Shown piece after piece: positions 52,608 to 61,539 of a stretch of 64,000 bases of DNA. Each line of letters begins with the position of its first letter. Position 1 is the stretch's first letter. The notes beneath the pieces were generated by a model. The model searched no databases, was not told where the DNA came from, and saw nothing but the letters and a program-made list of their open reading frames with translations. Source of the stretch: Lingula anatina (taxonomy: Eukaryota; Animalia; Brachiopoda); assembly GCA_051362555.1 (NCBI GenBank), contig CM120640.1, forward strand, positions 18,166,001 to 18,230,000, given 5' to 3'. The position numbers were made by a program, and so were the translations under genes.

Positions 52608-55044
52608 TTACCTGTACAATGATGTTCTGGAATTGATCAACCTTGATAATGTGTTTGCAAATTTCAAGTGAACGAGTGACTTCCAGGTCTCTGAATTTCC
52701 GTAGCTGTTCAACGTGAACGTGGGGCTGAATTAAGAATAAAATGAGTATTATTTGAAATTATGATCTGCTGTTTAATTTACTAGATTTTACTAGATTTAA
52801 AGGTGAACTTGAATAAGTTTACGTCCTTTTATATTAATGTCTGGGACAACATGAAAGGTAACCCGTGATTTTGATGGTCAAAACATTACCAAAATTTGAT
52901 GGTCAAAACATTACAAAACATAAGCAAAAATAATCTAACGGTTAGCATTCTATATCATAGTTTAACAACTACTGGCATTGTATTTTTATATCAATTAAGA
53001 AAACATTAAAGTTTTAATGCAGATGTTAACCCTTTTTTGTCACAAAACAAACCTTTCTGATCTCCACGGCCCGTGTGTTCTGCCATTCCTTTAAGTAGAG
53101 CTTTACTAGGGGGTGGACCTACAGTGAAAAAATTACATTACTTATGACATATTTCCATATGTTTTTTTTTTCTCTTTAATACATATAAATTGAAACAATA
53201 TTTTATCATAAATCAAACAAGTTATCGTCTAAGTATTCACAACTATTCCAATAATAATAATAATTATTATAAAACACCTGTGCACGGATGTTCTGGAATT
53301 TGTCAACCTTGATTATATGCTTGCACATTTCAAGTGAACGAGTTACTTCCTGGTCTCTAAATTTCCGTAGCTGTTCAACGTGAATGTGGGGCTGAATTGA
53401 AAAGAAAATAACTATCATTTGAACGTTTGATCAGATGTTAAATATACTATCATGTCTTATTGAATGATTAGATGGCCTATTATATTCATGTTTGGGAGAC
53501 CATAAAAGGTTATCCATGTTTTGTCGGGTCATAACAACTTTCAGCTGCCTTGTCCGTCCACCGAAAGATCTAAAGCTTTTTCATACTGTATAACCATTCA
53601 GCATGCGTGTACTGTTATTGGACTTTAAAATGTTATTATAAAAAAGAAACAATCTTTTTTCATATCAGAATACTCACCTCTCTAGCCACAACTGCCCTTT
53701 GATTCTGCCATTCATTTATGTGCAGCTTTACTAGGGAATGGACCTACAGTGAAATGATTATAGCCCTTTTACTTCTGACATATATCTATCTGTATTTTTT
53801 AACAAATATTGTCAAATAATATATGTTTATTATCAATGAAACAAACTATAAATTCTTTATCATCTAAGCGCTAAGGTCCACTTCAGTTATGAGAAAACGT
53901 ACCTGCACAAGAGTATTCTGGATTTTGTTTATCTTGAAAATATTTCTGCAAATTCCATGCACACATGTAACTTTCATGTCTTTTAATTTTCTCATCCGTT
54001 CAACATGAACGTGGGGCTGAATGTTTAGAAACATGGCTCATTAGAAATATTAAGCATTTGTATATTTCCCTCATATCAAGTTATGCTGTAATTAAATAAT
54101 TAGTTTCCGTAGATTAAGCAAAGAGCATTCCCCTTTCAAGCTCTATATACCATTACGTAATCCTAGAAATATCAAGTGAAATTCGCTTTGATTTGAAAAA
54201 ATTACACGATATCAAATAAATATATCAATTAAGCTTTACCGGTGCAACATATCAAAGTATATTGTTATATTGTAAGAAAAGAACACCAGCGCTGTTATTT
54301 GTCTAAATCTTACCCGCCTCAACAAGACCGCACGGTTGTTCCTGTAGCGGAGCGTCTTAGCAGCGGCTCTTTTGCGCTCGGCTGTAATCGACCAACAACA
54401 CGTTAATTGAATCAATTATCAAAAACTTTGTAACTTTTATGATGAAAGTGCGATCTGGATTTACGTTACCAATGTGCACCTTCCGGATTAAAAGCAGCAC
54501 TTATCAACATGTGCATTTAACTGAACTCATAAAGCGTAAATAAATACAAACAATATTCTTATCAAGATAAATAAGAGGAATATATAAGATTGATTTATAG
54601 TACATATTTTAAACTCTTACCGCGTTTTCTTTCATTCCTTTTGAGACAGTAAACTGAAATAAATAACACGCAGGGGATATACATGTCACCAGCAGTTCTT
54701 AGACTGAGATTCTGACACATGGCAACGGTCAGCTCTCTGACTCTCAGGGCGAGTTTCGTTCACATAAGACCTGTACTAAACTAACTGAACATAGCACTTT
54801 AAAAAATGACAAATAATGAATGATATAATATGATATTAGGCATATTTTTAGGATTAAAGATTTTAACATCAGTGAATGCTGACTTACCTTTCACATAGGC
54901 GACGAAGAATGCCAGCATCATTCCCAGAGCGAAACATACGAACAAAATAAGATCACTGTTGATTTTGTCCCATTGCTCTTCTAAGGACAACTCTTCAAAT
55001 AAGAATATTCTTATTTTGTTATGATGATACGAGCTACTTCGCAT
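1..55044 (-). CDS. Giant multi-exon gene (about 75 exons in the window, 3' end outside it): predicted membrane-anchored, highly repetitive K/S/E/T-rich protein of at least ~8,500 aa, function unknown
   Basis: Chain of open exons with AG acceptors and GT donors and compatible phases (1, 1, then 0 from exon 3 onward), starting at ATG 55044. Exon lengths measured from exon 4 onward are all multiples of 3. The interval includes introns. Confidence 0.8.
433..627 (-). CDS. Exon type V (195 nt, VDKSKPLKLQ...GVKEQ)
   Basis: CAG|...|GTACG boundaries, phase 0; same length as and homologous to exon 51430-51624. Confidence 0.75.
1096..1356 (-). CDS. Diverged exon type X (261 nt)
   Basis: AAG|GCA...GAG|GTAAAC; homologous to the array X exons. 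Confidence 0.75.
1524..1754 (-). CDS. Short exon type W (231 nt, GEISKPPNL...LLDTE)
   Basis: CAG|...GAG|GTAAGC, phase 0; shares PEYNAxDxVNQN with exons 49177-49719 and 50641-51204. Confidence 0.75.
2044..2490 (-). CDS. Diverged Y-like exon (447 nt)
   Basis: TAG|GCC...CAG|GTATGA, phase 0; contains SPVDIDPSIISLRQSFHGK...INPSILLMGP. Confidence 0.75.
2528..5575. mobile_element. Non-autonomous Helentron/HINE-like rolling-circle element in an intron
   Basis: Interrupts CAAGTAA|ATAACAAG, which is intact in paralogous introns, with no clear TSD. Left end ACTAG. Subterminal TATTGTACCACCAGC (2562-2576) is inverted at 5564-5578. Terminal hairpin TGTACCGCCAGC-ACCTAC-GCTGGTGGTACA (5546-5575). Central tandem array. 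Confidence 0.75.
2880..4650. repeat. ~146-bp tandem satellite, about 12 copies, inside the HINE-like element
   Basis: AAAAGTAGGTCAAAGGTCAATTT...TGACTTCCTATTCAA...AGTAACTATGGG recurs at 3371, 3516, 3658, 3804, 3948, 4094, 4240, 4390 and 4532. Confidence 0.9.
5820..12497 (-). repeat. Left exon-array block: ~1.26-kb X+Y units (5 X exons, 5 Y exons, 1 X/Y fusion exon), coding
   Basis: For example X 5820-6080 (261 nt), Y 6420-6800 (381 nt), fusion 10202-10534 (333 nt), short Y 12141-12497 (357 nt); recurring ORFs in the track. Confidence 0.88.
12637..12834. mobile_element. 198-bp PIF/Harbinger (Tourist)-like MITE
   Basis: Insertion relative to paralogous introns (TTCTTATAAGAC); TAA duplicated at 12634-36 and 12835-37; degenerate terminal inverted similarity (ATTxCC..ATCGAxCTA..TGGGG..TCAC). 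Confidence 0.6.
12979..32281 (-). repeat. Central exon-array block: 27 copies of fused exon Z (8 long 459 nt, 19 short 435 nt) plus intron; 742/718-bp units, coding
   Basis: ORF-track copies from 12967 to 31835; long+short dimers of ~1461 bp up to ~23.9 kb, then exact 718-bp monomers; TAG|GCC...GAG|GTAAAC boundaries. Confidence 0.9.
34345..34499 (-). repeat. 3' LTR (155 bp)
   Basis: Identical to 38981-39135; preceded on the minus strand by the polypurine tract (A-run then GGGGGA, 34500-34514); contains AATAAA on the minus strand. Confidence 0.95.
34815..38801 (-). CDS. Gag-Pol polyprotein (single ORF)
   Basis: Two Cys/His knuckles (CKFCGKNH..C, CSKCKASNH..C), protease IDSGA, RT with IADD core, RNase H (CDAS, IEKE, TDHKPL), integrase HHCC and D-D-E (DLF, SDNGPQF, GKAE), order PR-RT-RH-IN. 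Start taken at MAEGG; an in-frame upstream ATG exists at 38846. Confidence 0.95.
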   Translation of the reverse strand: MAEGGQSDDHNNFASPFFNVKPPEPVTLTKNKQENWKLWKQLWSHYSVVSNLDSKTEQYKKSLFISVMGIEALRVYNGCDPADTDTVEDILGKLDSHILGETNETFERYQFNTRCQAKGETIEDYVSVLKELAKTCNFCNCMRDSLLRDRIIIGVIDSNVRKRLFQEKNLTLERSIDICRSYESTSRHMSLLNDSVISDNSLHVVRKLDKKKNKQPVRKFPTPSIIQCKFCGKNHPRKKELCPAWGKQCSKCKASNHFAICCPTVKKVHGVSDESFTLCVTDDTQVNSVNGGPICAQMSLENGKQVIFQIDSGASVNVIPEKYVQGTKLEHSKTTLSVYNRSKVKPIGKCLLTLDNAGKFYLVEFQVVKENFQPIISRETAELMNLITVNYDNFQQVDAVNSHSNCEAMISQYDSVFATNGLIGQLPGAVHIKVQEDSKPVQCPPRRVPVSVKPKLKEELENLVRLDVITPVSEPTEWCSQISIQTKKNGDIRICIDPRPLNEVLQRERYQLPTIEDVLPELSDAKIFSTVDLAHGYWHCILDEESSNLTTFITPFGRYRWKRLPFGLKVSSEIFQRKLNESLEGLSGVICIADDILVYGKSTEDHDHNLKRLLDRCAEKGIKLNKQKSVFCTSEVGFMGHTITNQGLKADQSKIEAILRLENPTDVEGVRQLLGSVTYLSKFLPKLATVVEPIRRLTRLDTEFLWTDEQDRAMSELKALLTSAPVLSYYDASKELFVQCDASSTGLGAALLQDGRPVAYASRALSATEQGYAQIEKECLAMVFAMEKFHQYTFGRHTTIHTDHKPLEMIVRKPLHKAPKRIQGMLLRLLKYDTTVIYKRGKEMFIADMLSRNYLPNMTDESDHFEQINVIGNIKMSSERLGELRDATLKDDTMNLLKSVIVKGWPESKDYVPSQIMPYFSYRDELAVHSGLIFKGDRVVVPAAARKAIKDHLHTSHLGGDSMLRRARECIFWPGMTADIRQTAEVCDACQSYQRSQQRETLTPIDSQAPYEKVGLDLFTVENHDYLISVDYYSGFWECDKLTDTSSNSVIKCLKRHFSRYGIPSTVISDNGPQFCSEEFRNFAATWDFEHYTSSPYHASANGKAESAVKAAKTMIQKCVKSRTDPFLALLEIRNTPTQSMGTSPAQRFLNRRTRTLLPVTDKLLQPRGNDYFQLDKYQLKCEKDSQCRKYNEHAHDLPPLEEGDTVRMKPFRLNQKEWQKGVVTRRLDERSYEIDTPTGLFRRNRIHLKKTKESPPNLIVKSQSEKSVPITQSTCQKSCVKVKDSLKQPVSVKVPENIVKPQKATVPTRRSTRTVKKPVYLKDFVPK
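38970..38980 (-). promoter_or_regulatory. Primer-binding site, tRNA-Leu-like
   Basis: TGGTGGCAGCG directly after the 5' LTR, complementary to the ...CGCUGCCACCA 3' end of eukaryotic tRNA-Leu(AAG/UAG). Confidence 0.75.
38981..39135 (-). repeat. 5' LTR (155 bp)
   Basis: Identical to 34345-34499. Confidence 0.95.
49177..49719 (-). CDS. Exon type W with a Y-type C-terminus (543 nt)
   Basis: CAG|GTG...GAG|GTACAT, phase 0; ORF 49123-49767. Confidence 0.8.
49970..50146 (-). CDS. Diverged short X-type exon (177 nt)
   Basis: AAG|GCA...GTG|GTAAAT, phase 0. Confidence 0.7.
50236..50333. mobile_element. 98-bp palindromic MITE, EnSpm/CACTA-like (CCC...GGG ends, 2-bp TSD)
   Basis: TIRs CCCAGCAGACAAACGACATTGATTC / GAATCAATGTCGTTTGCCTGCTGGG; AT duplicated on both sides; paralogous intron (~1461-1480) lacks it. 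Confidence 0.75.
50641..51204 (-). CDS. Exon type W (564 nt)
   Basis: CAG|ATG...GAG|GTAAGC, phase 0; ORF 50521-51222. Confidence 0.8.
51430..51624 (-). CDS. Exon type V (195 nt)
   Basis: CAG|GAG...CAG|GTACAA, phase 0. Confidence 0.75.
51811..52203 (-). CDS. Highly diverged Y-like exon (393 nt)
   Basis: TAG|GTG...AAG|GTACAA, phase 0; SPIYVDPSIILSR and DPTILLI motifs. Confidence 0.72.
52559..52606. repeat. (TAA)16 microsatellite
   Basis: Direct reading; abuts the donor of exon 52612-52725. Confidence 0.95.
52612..54016 (-). CDS. Exons 4-8: alternating 114-nt (53903-54016, 53278-53391, 52612-52725) and 66-nt (53678-53743, 53053-53118) repeat exons
   Basis: All AG/GT bounded and phase 0; PHVHVEQLRKFRD.EVTRSLE.CKHIIKVD.FQN and VH.LVKL...EWQN.RAV repeats. 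The interval includes introns. Confidence 0.8.
54314..54381 (-). CDS. Exon 3 (AERKRAAAKTLRYRNNRAVLLRR)
   Basis: CAG|...|GTAAG, phase 1 to 0. Confidence 0.72.
54621..54653 (-). CDS. Exon 2, 33-nt microexon (VYCLKRNERKR)
   Basis: TTTCAG|...|GTAAG, phase 1 to 1. Confidence 0.68.
54888..55044 (-). CDS. First coding exon, with predicted transmembrane helix (LILFVCFALGMMLAFFVAYV)
   Basis: ATG at 55042-55044; AAG|GTAAGT donor; ~20-aa hydrophobic run followed by basic residues from exons 2-3. Confidence 0.72.
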
Positions 55045-55137
55045 AGTAAATTATTTCAAAATATAACTTATTCATCTTGTCCATCACTATTACCATCCAT
55101 GATTCGTAAACGATATCTATGGAAATGACCTACTCTG

Positions 55138-55296
55138 TGATGTCACTACCTGTCATGTCAGCACATTATGACGTCAACGTTTACAACAGTGTCAATAATA
55201 TGGCAAACGTCATTTTTGTTGAGAACAATGAGTATCAACAATAGGAACGACACTGGGGTCATGACAACGACCCACTGCGAGTTAACTGTGACGTCA
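55138..55296. promoter_or_regulatory. Candidate proximal promoter with CRE palindromes
   Basis: TGACGTCA at 55169-76 and 55289-96, TGATGTCA at 55138-45, 95-250 bp upstream of the ATG. Confidence 0.4.
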
Positions 55297-56471
55297 CCGT
55301 TACAGGATCACTTTTTTTAAAAAAGATTCTTGATGAAAACATTTGAAGCTTTGTAAGCCCTAATTTAGTTTCTTTATAATTTCTAAATCTTCAGCCAACC
55401 ATAGCGGTTGTTGCAAGGAGGCCCTTATTTTACTACCAAGCGACTGTATCATATTATTGGCCGACTTTGTGTACTTATTTGAGGTAATTTTTATAACCAA
55501 TGAAACATTTCATCTTGTGCTCTATTTTCCAAGTCCTCCCATATTTCTAAAAACTCCTTATTAAAACTTTCCATAAAATCAGCTTCTTTTTCATAATCCG
55601 AATAAACACGTTTGTAAGGGGAAACTTCTCAATTCTTTGATATTTCAGTACCTTAGATGTGACATCTTGTAGTGCAATCGATGGGTAAATGGTCAGAAAT
55701 CTCAAGAGCAAAAAATGGGAGAAAGTTCCTTGATACTGAAATATAGTCTACCATGCAGGCTACAGCCATTGTCCAAATTTATTTATTGATTTGCGTTTAC
55801 TTTTCCGTTGAAGATCAAAATCATCTTCACCACATCTATAACAATCGCACAGATTGGAATGTATTGGTTTTTAATCAGTGTTACAATTTGGGATAGAAGA
55901 TATTCGGTAAAGGTTGCTATTATCACCGTTGTTAAACACGAAAGGCGTATGAGAATGAAAATAAAAAGCGCATATCGAATATTTGAAACACGTGTTATTG
56001 CTACAGTCGTTATGTTGTTGATAATATATTGGATTTGTATAACGTTAAATGCACGATTTGATTAAAAACATGCAGGTGAAGCTGTACTTTCAGTTGACTT
56101 TTGCTTGCCGTATTTATTTCTGTGCACTTTACTTTTTAAAGAAAATATAGTTATCAACAATTTTGACCTTAGACAAATGAGAGGGCTCTCGTTATAAAGA
56201 ACATTTACGATATTTTTATGAGAATATTGATTGATTACAAAGAACACGGTCACCTTTACATAATAGTGCCTGTTTAAGTATTGAGTTTACAAACAGATAT
56301 GAAATGTATTAATACCTCGTATATTTCTTTCAGATGAAGCTTTGGCGTGAGGCTCGAGCCGTTCTCTGCTGCAAGATAAACACGCCCTCAAAAATCATAT
56401 TTTAGATGAGTATACTTTATGTATCACAACACACACGAACACAAGCTAATACAATCAGACACACACACGCC

Positions 56472-56473
<2 letters not shown>

Positions 56474-56511
<38 letters not shown>
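56474..56511. repeat. (CA)n microsatellite
   Basis: Direct reading. Confidence 0.95.
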
Positions 56512-56514
<3 letters not shown>

Positions 56515-57949
56515 CAGTGACTATTATTTAATAGACAGATGTTTTTCATAGATGCTCTCCGCCCTCTACAAAGTACCGTATGTTACTCATACGCAACATC
56601 GCTGTCTATTAAAAAGACACCTTTTACATTTAAAAGAAAAGACTTGATCGTACTTTTATCCACATTATGCAAGATATATTTACAATATCCATTAGTGGTT
56701 GCATTGTAAAAACATAGTTTATCAGTTATTTTTATTGTTTGCCGTAAAAGAAATTCGTCAAAATGATCTTCAATAAATCATTACCCCTAAACGCATAATG
56801 CATATCAATTCAATGATATAAAATTCCATAGTAAGTGTCATAACTTATTTAACAACATATATTCATTTCAGATCATACTGGTAATTTGACGCCAGTCAAG
56901 CTCAATCCCAACCTTTTTTCGGTTCTAGCGGCCTGGACCCTGAATTTTGGACACACATACAAAACGTGAGTGGATTCAATTATAACTAAACCATCCTTGC
57001 ACTGGTCGCAGTATCCAAAAAGCCTCTGGTAAAAGAACGGCTTCTCTCATCTATCACCCCTATTTATATAGCTATCACGTTGTAGTTTAGTGTACATTTT
57101 CACTTGTACATACCTTCTACCAGAGCCACGCATTGACTTTTCACTAGATTTTTCACAAAAAAATGCACATAATTAGTTTAATTTGCATCCATGGTAAAGG
57201 GTTCTGGTTCATAAGTTACAATTAAATCTTCTTCTTTACACAAGTTGACTTTTATAGCCTTTCCATTCATAAGAATTTAACAGAAAATTTAAACCATTAT
57301 TTTTATATTTTAGAAGCACCATCCGAGAAAGTGCACACCATGCGCCTGCAAGAAACCTGATCAGTTGTTTGTTTATCGGGAACCTGACGCTCGTTTTTTA
57401 TCTTAAAACTGAATAAATTCTTTTTCTGTGGTTTGTTATTTCAATATGAACCTATGATAGTGACAATAATGACGAAAATAGAGATCAAAATAATACCAGC
57501 GTTGGAGGAAACTTATACTAAAATGGTACCTGTTCGAGCACTTTCAAACCCAGTTTATGTATAAATAAACAGTTCATGAAATTTTTTAAATTAAAATTGT
57601 TTTAAAACTGGCTTTGTAAAAATATGCCCAATTTTTAGACCCATTGTATATTAAAATGTCTTTTAAAGGTTAAAAACCACACAAAAAATTGTTTAATGCT
57701 TTTATAAACCAGCTTTTTTCTTTTCCTATTTCATTGAACAGATCTCAATGTTCTTCCTCAGCAAATCTATCTTTGCAATGTTTCCTTTTAATTCCAAATT
57801 CTGTTCTGCAGCATTATAGTTTTTAACATATCTCTGAACAAACTTAATTTCCCCTGCTATCACTTACCTATTAGGCTGATTTTAATTTTTTTTTTTTAAA
57901 TTTATGTCAGTTTCATTTTCGACAGTTTCTGAATTTTTCATTCTCACAC

Positions 57950-57951
<2 letters not shown>

Positions 57952-57993
<42 letters not shown>
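57952..57993. repeat. Poly(A) tract, about 42 nt
   Basis: Direct reading. Confidence 0.9.
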
Positions 57994-57995
<2 letters not shown>

Positions 57996-58941
57996 ATTGA
58001 AATTGCTCAGAGAGCAAGTAACTTGCGAAATTGCAAAATAAGTTTTTAAACAACGAATACATTAATGAAATATGGCGGTTAAAAGATGATTTAACTTATC
58101 CTTGTCATTCTCGATGTTCTAAGCGCTGTTGAAAGAAGGAATCCCAGAATTCTAAGTGCCTTTGACTGAAAATTTCTATTATATTGCACTGCACATTAGT
58201 TAACACAGGGTCAAACACACAGAGAACACAGGACAGGCTATTTCAGAACACACTTAAATGGCGTTAATAATTAGCAGGAAATTTGAGCCGGTCAAAGGCG
58301 GTCTTGATTAATGACGGGTGTGGCAGCTTGCATATCGTTAATGTCTCTGTGGCACTCTCCTAGCTTCTACCGCAGAATTCAATGTTTAAAAGCTTCAGGA
58401 TTTTTTTATCTACTAAACAGTTTGAAAAAAAAAAAACGCGAGAATAATGAATAAATAAATAAGGTTGATAAAAAGTTTCCAAATTCGTATTCTCTGCAAA
58501 AAGTTAACCTGAAAGTTTTATTTTTGAGTCCTACGCGAATTTGTAGTAAATAACCACACAAAATTTTAATTCTTGCTAAATTAAATCTTAAATCAATTTT
58601 TCACTGTATTAAAAGTTGACATCCTCTGATCTAAAAAAAATGCAATATTATCTTTTTCCAAATGTTATCCCCTTGTTGATATGTTGCCTTTACGCCCATA
58701 TTTCTCAACATTTTTACTAAAGGTTGCTTAAATAGATATATTTTGGTAGTTTGTTTGCTTGCTTGTTTGATGGATAGTTTTGGCAGTCATTTGATTTTGT
58801 TTATAAGACTTCTCAGCAGATATTTGATTTTGTATTAACTTGTTTAGTGTTTTGCATAACATTAAAATTTGGTACTGTTCAATGTCGCTGTTTTTTTTTA
58901 TGAAAAATAAATGAAAAGAAAACATGTATTAGTTGTTTTTC

Positions 58942-59426
58942 ATGGACTCTTCCCACATGTCACCCCTCGAACCCAATGAACTCTTCCCACCTAACACCCC
59001 TCGAATTAAATTGACTTGTCCCACCTGACTCCCCTCGAATCAAATAGACTCTCCCCACCTGACACCCCTCAAATGAAATTCTTCCCACCTGACACCCCTC
59101 GGACTGAATGGACTCTCCCCACCTGACACCCCTCAAATCAAATGGACTCTTCCCACCTGACACCCCTCGAATCAAATGGACTCTTCCCACCTGACACCCC
59201 TCGAACCGAATGGACTCTCCCCACCTGACACCCACAAATGAAATGGACACTTCCCACCTGACACCCCTCGAACCGAATGGACTCTTCCCGCCTTACACCC
59301 CTCAAACCAAATGTACTCTCCCCACCTGACACCCCCCGAATCAAATGTACTCTCCCCACCTGACATCCCTTGAACCGAATGGGTCCTTCCCATCTGACAC
59401 CCCTTAAATTAATTGGACTCGTCCCA
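58942..59426. repeat. 34-bp minisatellite, about 14 copies
   Basis: Unit CCCACCTGACACCCCTCGAATCAAATGGACTCT(T/C); period of 34 at 59121, 59155, 59189. Confidence 0.92.
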
Positions 59427-60953
59427 TGCAGTCATATTAATCATACTGTCATTCCAATATACCAAACATATTTCTTTGAACCGTTTATTTATCATCAATT
59501 CTATTATCCATTTATCACAAAACAATACTAAAAAAACTTAACGACAGAACCAGAACGTACAAAATAATTCAACTTTTTTCAAAGGTTTATATTACGTAAA
59601 AACACGCCATATGACAAAAAACAATGTTTTTCAAAAAATTATACGAAATGCAGATTCAATCGATACCGAAAATTTCACATACACTGTTAAACCAAATTAT
59701 TAAAACGAGTCACCAAATAAATCTACAGAAAACTAAGAAGACATAACGTGAAAATGTAGAAGTAAAGTTTTCCATTTTCTCAAATTATGTTTTTTGAAAT
59801 GAATTAAATACAGCAATGTAAATACATTAAAATATAAAAATAGCGCTCCTTAGAGGATTCTCAGAGTCAAATATTGAAACAATTTAAAAGGGTTACAACG
59901 ACTTCAAACAGGGTTGGGCACATTCAGTCTTTTTCTACAGGATTCGTCAGTTTATCCGGGGATTAAAAATCTTATTCTTAAATGTTTTATAGAATAGGAA
60001 GAAAAACCATCAACCTTTTGAAAGCAGAAATATTTGGAAGGGCGATCACAATACGTAGGCATAGATAATTGGGAGATTTAGGTAAATTTCAACTGTTCAA
60101 TGTGTGCATAGCACTTATTTGTAAAAGAATCCAAAATTGGACGGCGTTTTGAAAATTCGGCTCATAATGCGATTTCTTTTACTTCTAATCCAGTATTTCA
60201 AATCAAACTGAAAGCGTATTGTTCGTCACTCAAAAAATGCTATTATAAAAAGAAACTGAATTCGACTAAGTGGATTATAGTAACAAATTAAACAACAGTT
60301 GATCGACTTTATTGAACAATTTTTTTCAAGATTCGACCTGCTATTTGGTGGAAAAATGCACTCCAACGTTTAAGTTTAAACTTTAGAAATGTAAACACTT
60401 AAAAAACAAACATTATTGCATTTACTCTACTGCAATGCCACCCCCCTCCAAAGCTAAAGTGTCTAGAATTTTTTTTTTTACCAAATAGCTGTTCTAATCG
60501 TAATAAGTGTGCCGGCGGGCGTGCATGCGTGCCATGTTCCAAAATCCGGAGAGCGAAGGCAGGCTTCTGTCAGACGGAGTTTACATTATCTTGACAAAGG
60601 AGATGGCAGTTCTGAAAAAACAAACAAACATTAATGGCGGTACGCATCTCCAATGTAAATGATTTTACACTAAGATTTAAGGCATTAAATATGGTATTAA
60701 TATAGATATTATAAGGACGCATATAAGGACAAAAAATCTAAAGAAATCGAACCAGAATTCAAGGACGAAAAAATATTTCTCAACAAATTTCAAGGAATGG
60801 AGTACACCTATTTCTCAGAAAAAAAAACAGACCAATGTTAGAAAATGGAGCTCTTTGATAAATTGCATGAAAATTTAATGAACCAATACAAATGGAGATA
60901 TTAAGACTACAATTCCTTTTCAGAAAAGATTCTCTAAAACAAATTATTGGAAG

Positions 60954-61539
60954 TACGTTTCCGTGTTCTCATAAAATCAGGCTTGTTGAATAACACAACG
61001 CAAAAGTACACATTTCCAACAAGTACCTTAGATTTCAAATCTGACGTTGATAGTGATACAAATATCTTATTTAATTAAATAAAGCAATTAAAAGACGGCT
61101 GTAAAAGAAATGCTGCTTACATGACAAAGCTTCAACGCTGAATGAGAGTCATTACTTGCGGCTTCAACACACCATGCATCTTCCCTTTACGGAATCCTAC
61201 TGTCAAGTGACCATGAAGAAGAAACGATGACAATATGTCAGAAAAAAATTAAGTCTCTAAAGCAAATTATCGAACGTACGTTTCAGTGTTCTCGTCAAAT
61301 GAGGTTAGTTGAATAGTACAACGCAAAAGAAGGCATTTACAACACTGACTGAAGATTTCAAAACTGATGTTGATAGTGAAACAAATACCCTACTGAATTG
61401 GACGAAGCAATTAGATCTTGGCTGTAAAGAAATGTTACTTACGTGACAAAGCTCCAACACCAAATGTTGCTAGCTTCTTCACCACACCCAACCATGCGCC
61501 TTCTCTTCACGGGATCCTACTGTCAAGTGACTATGAAGA
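60954..61539. repeat. Diverged tandem duplication (~265-bp copies, offset ~323 bp)
   Basis: TACGTTTCxGTGTTCTC...ATCCTACTGTCAAGTGAxxATGAAGA at 60954-61219 and 61277-61539. Confidence 0.8.

Noticed and set aside
52459-52671. ORF with a poly-Ile run
   Set aside because: Translation of the (ATA)n microsatellite, antisense to a real exon
55808-56065. Hydrophobic 85-aa plus-strand ORF
   Set aside because: TTG start, AT-rich low-complexity composition, no splice or homology support
58960-59393. Repetitive ORFs (GVRWEESI, GCQVGRV)
   Set aside because: Products of the 34-bp minisatellite cycling through frames
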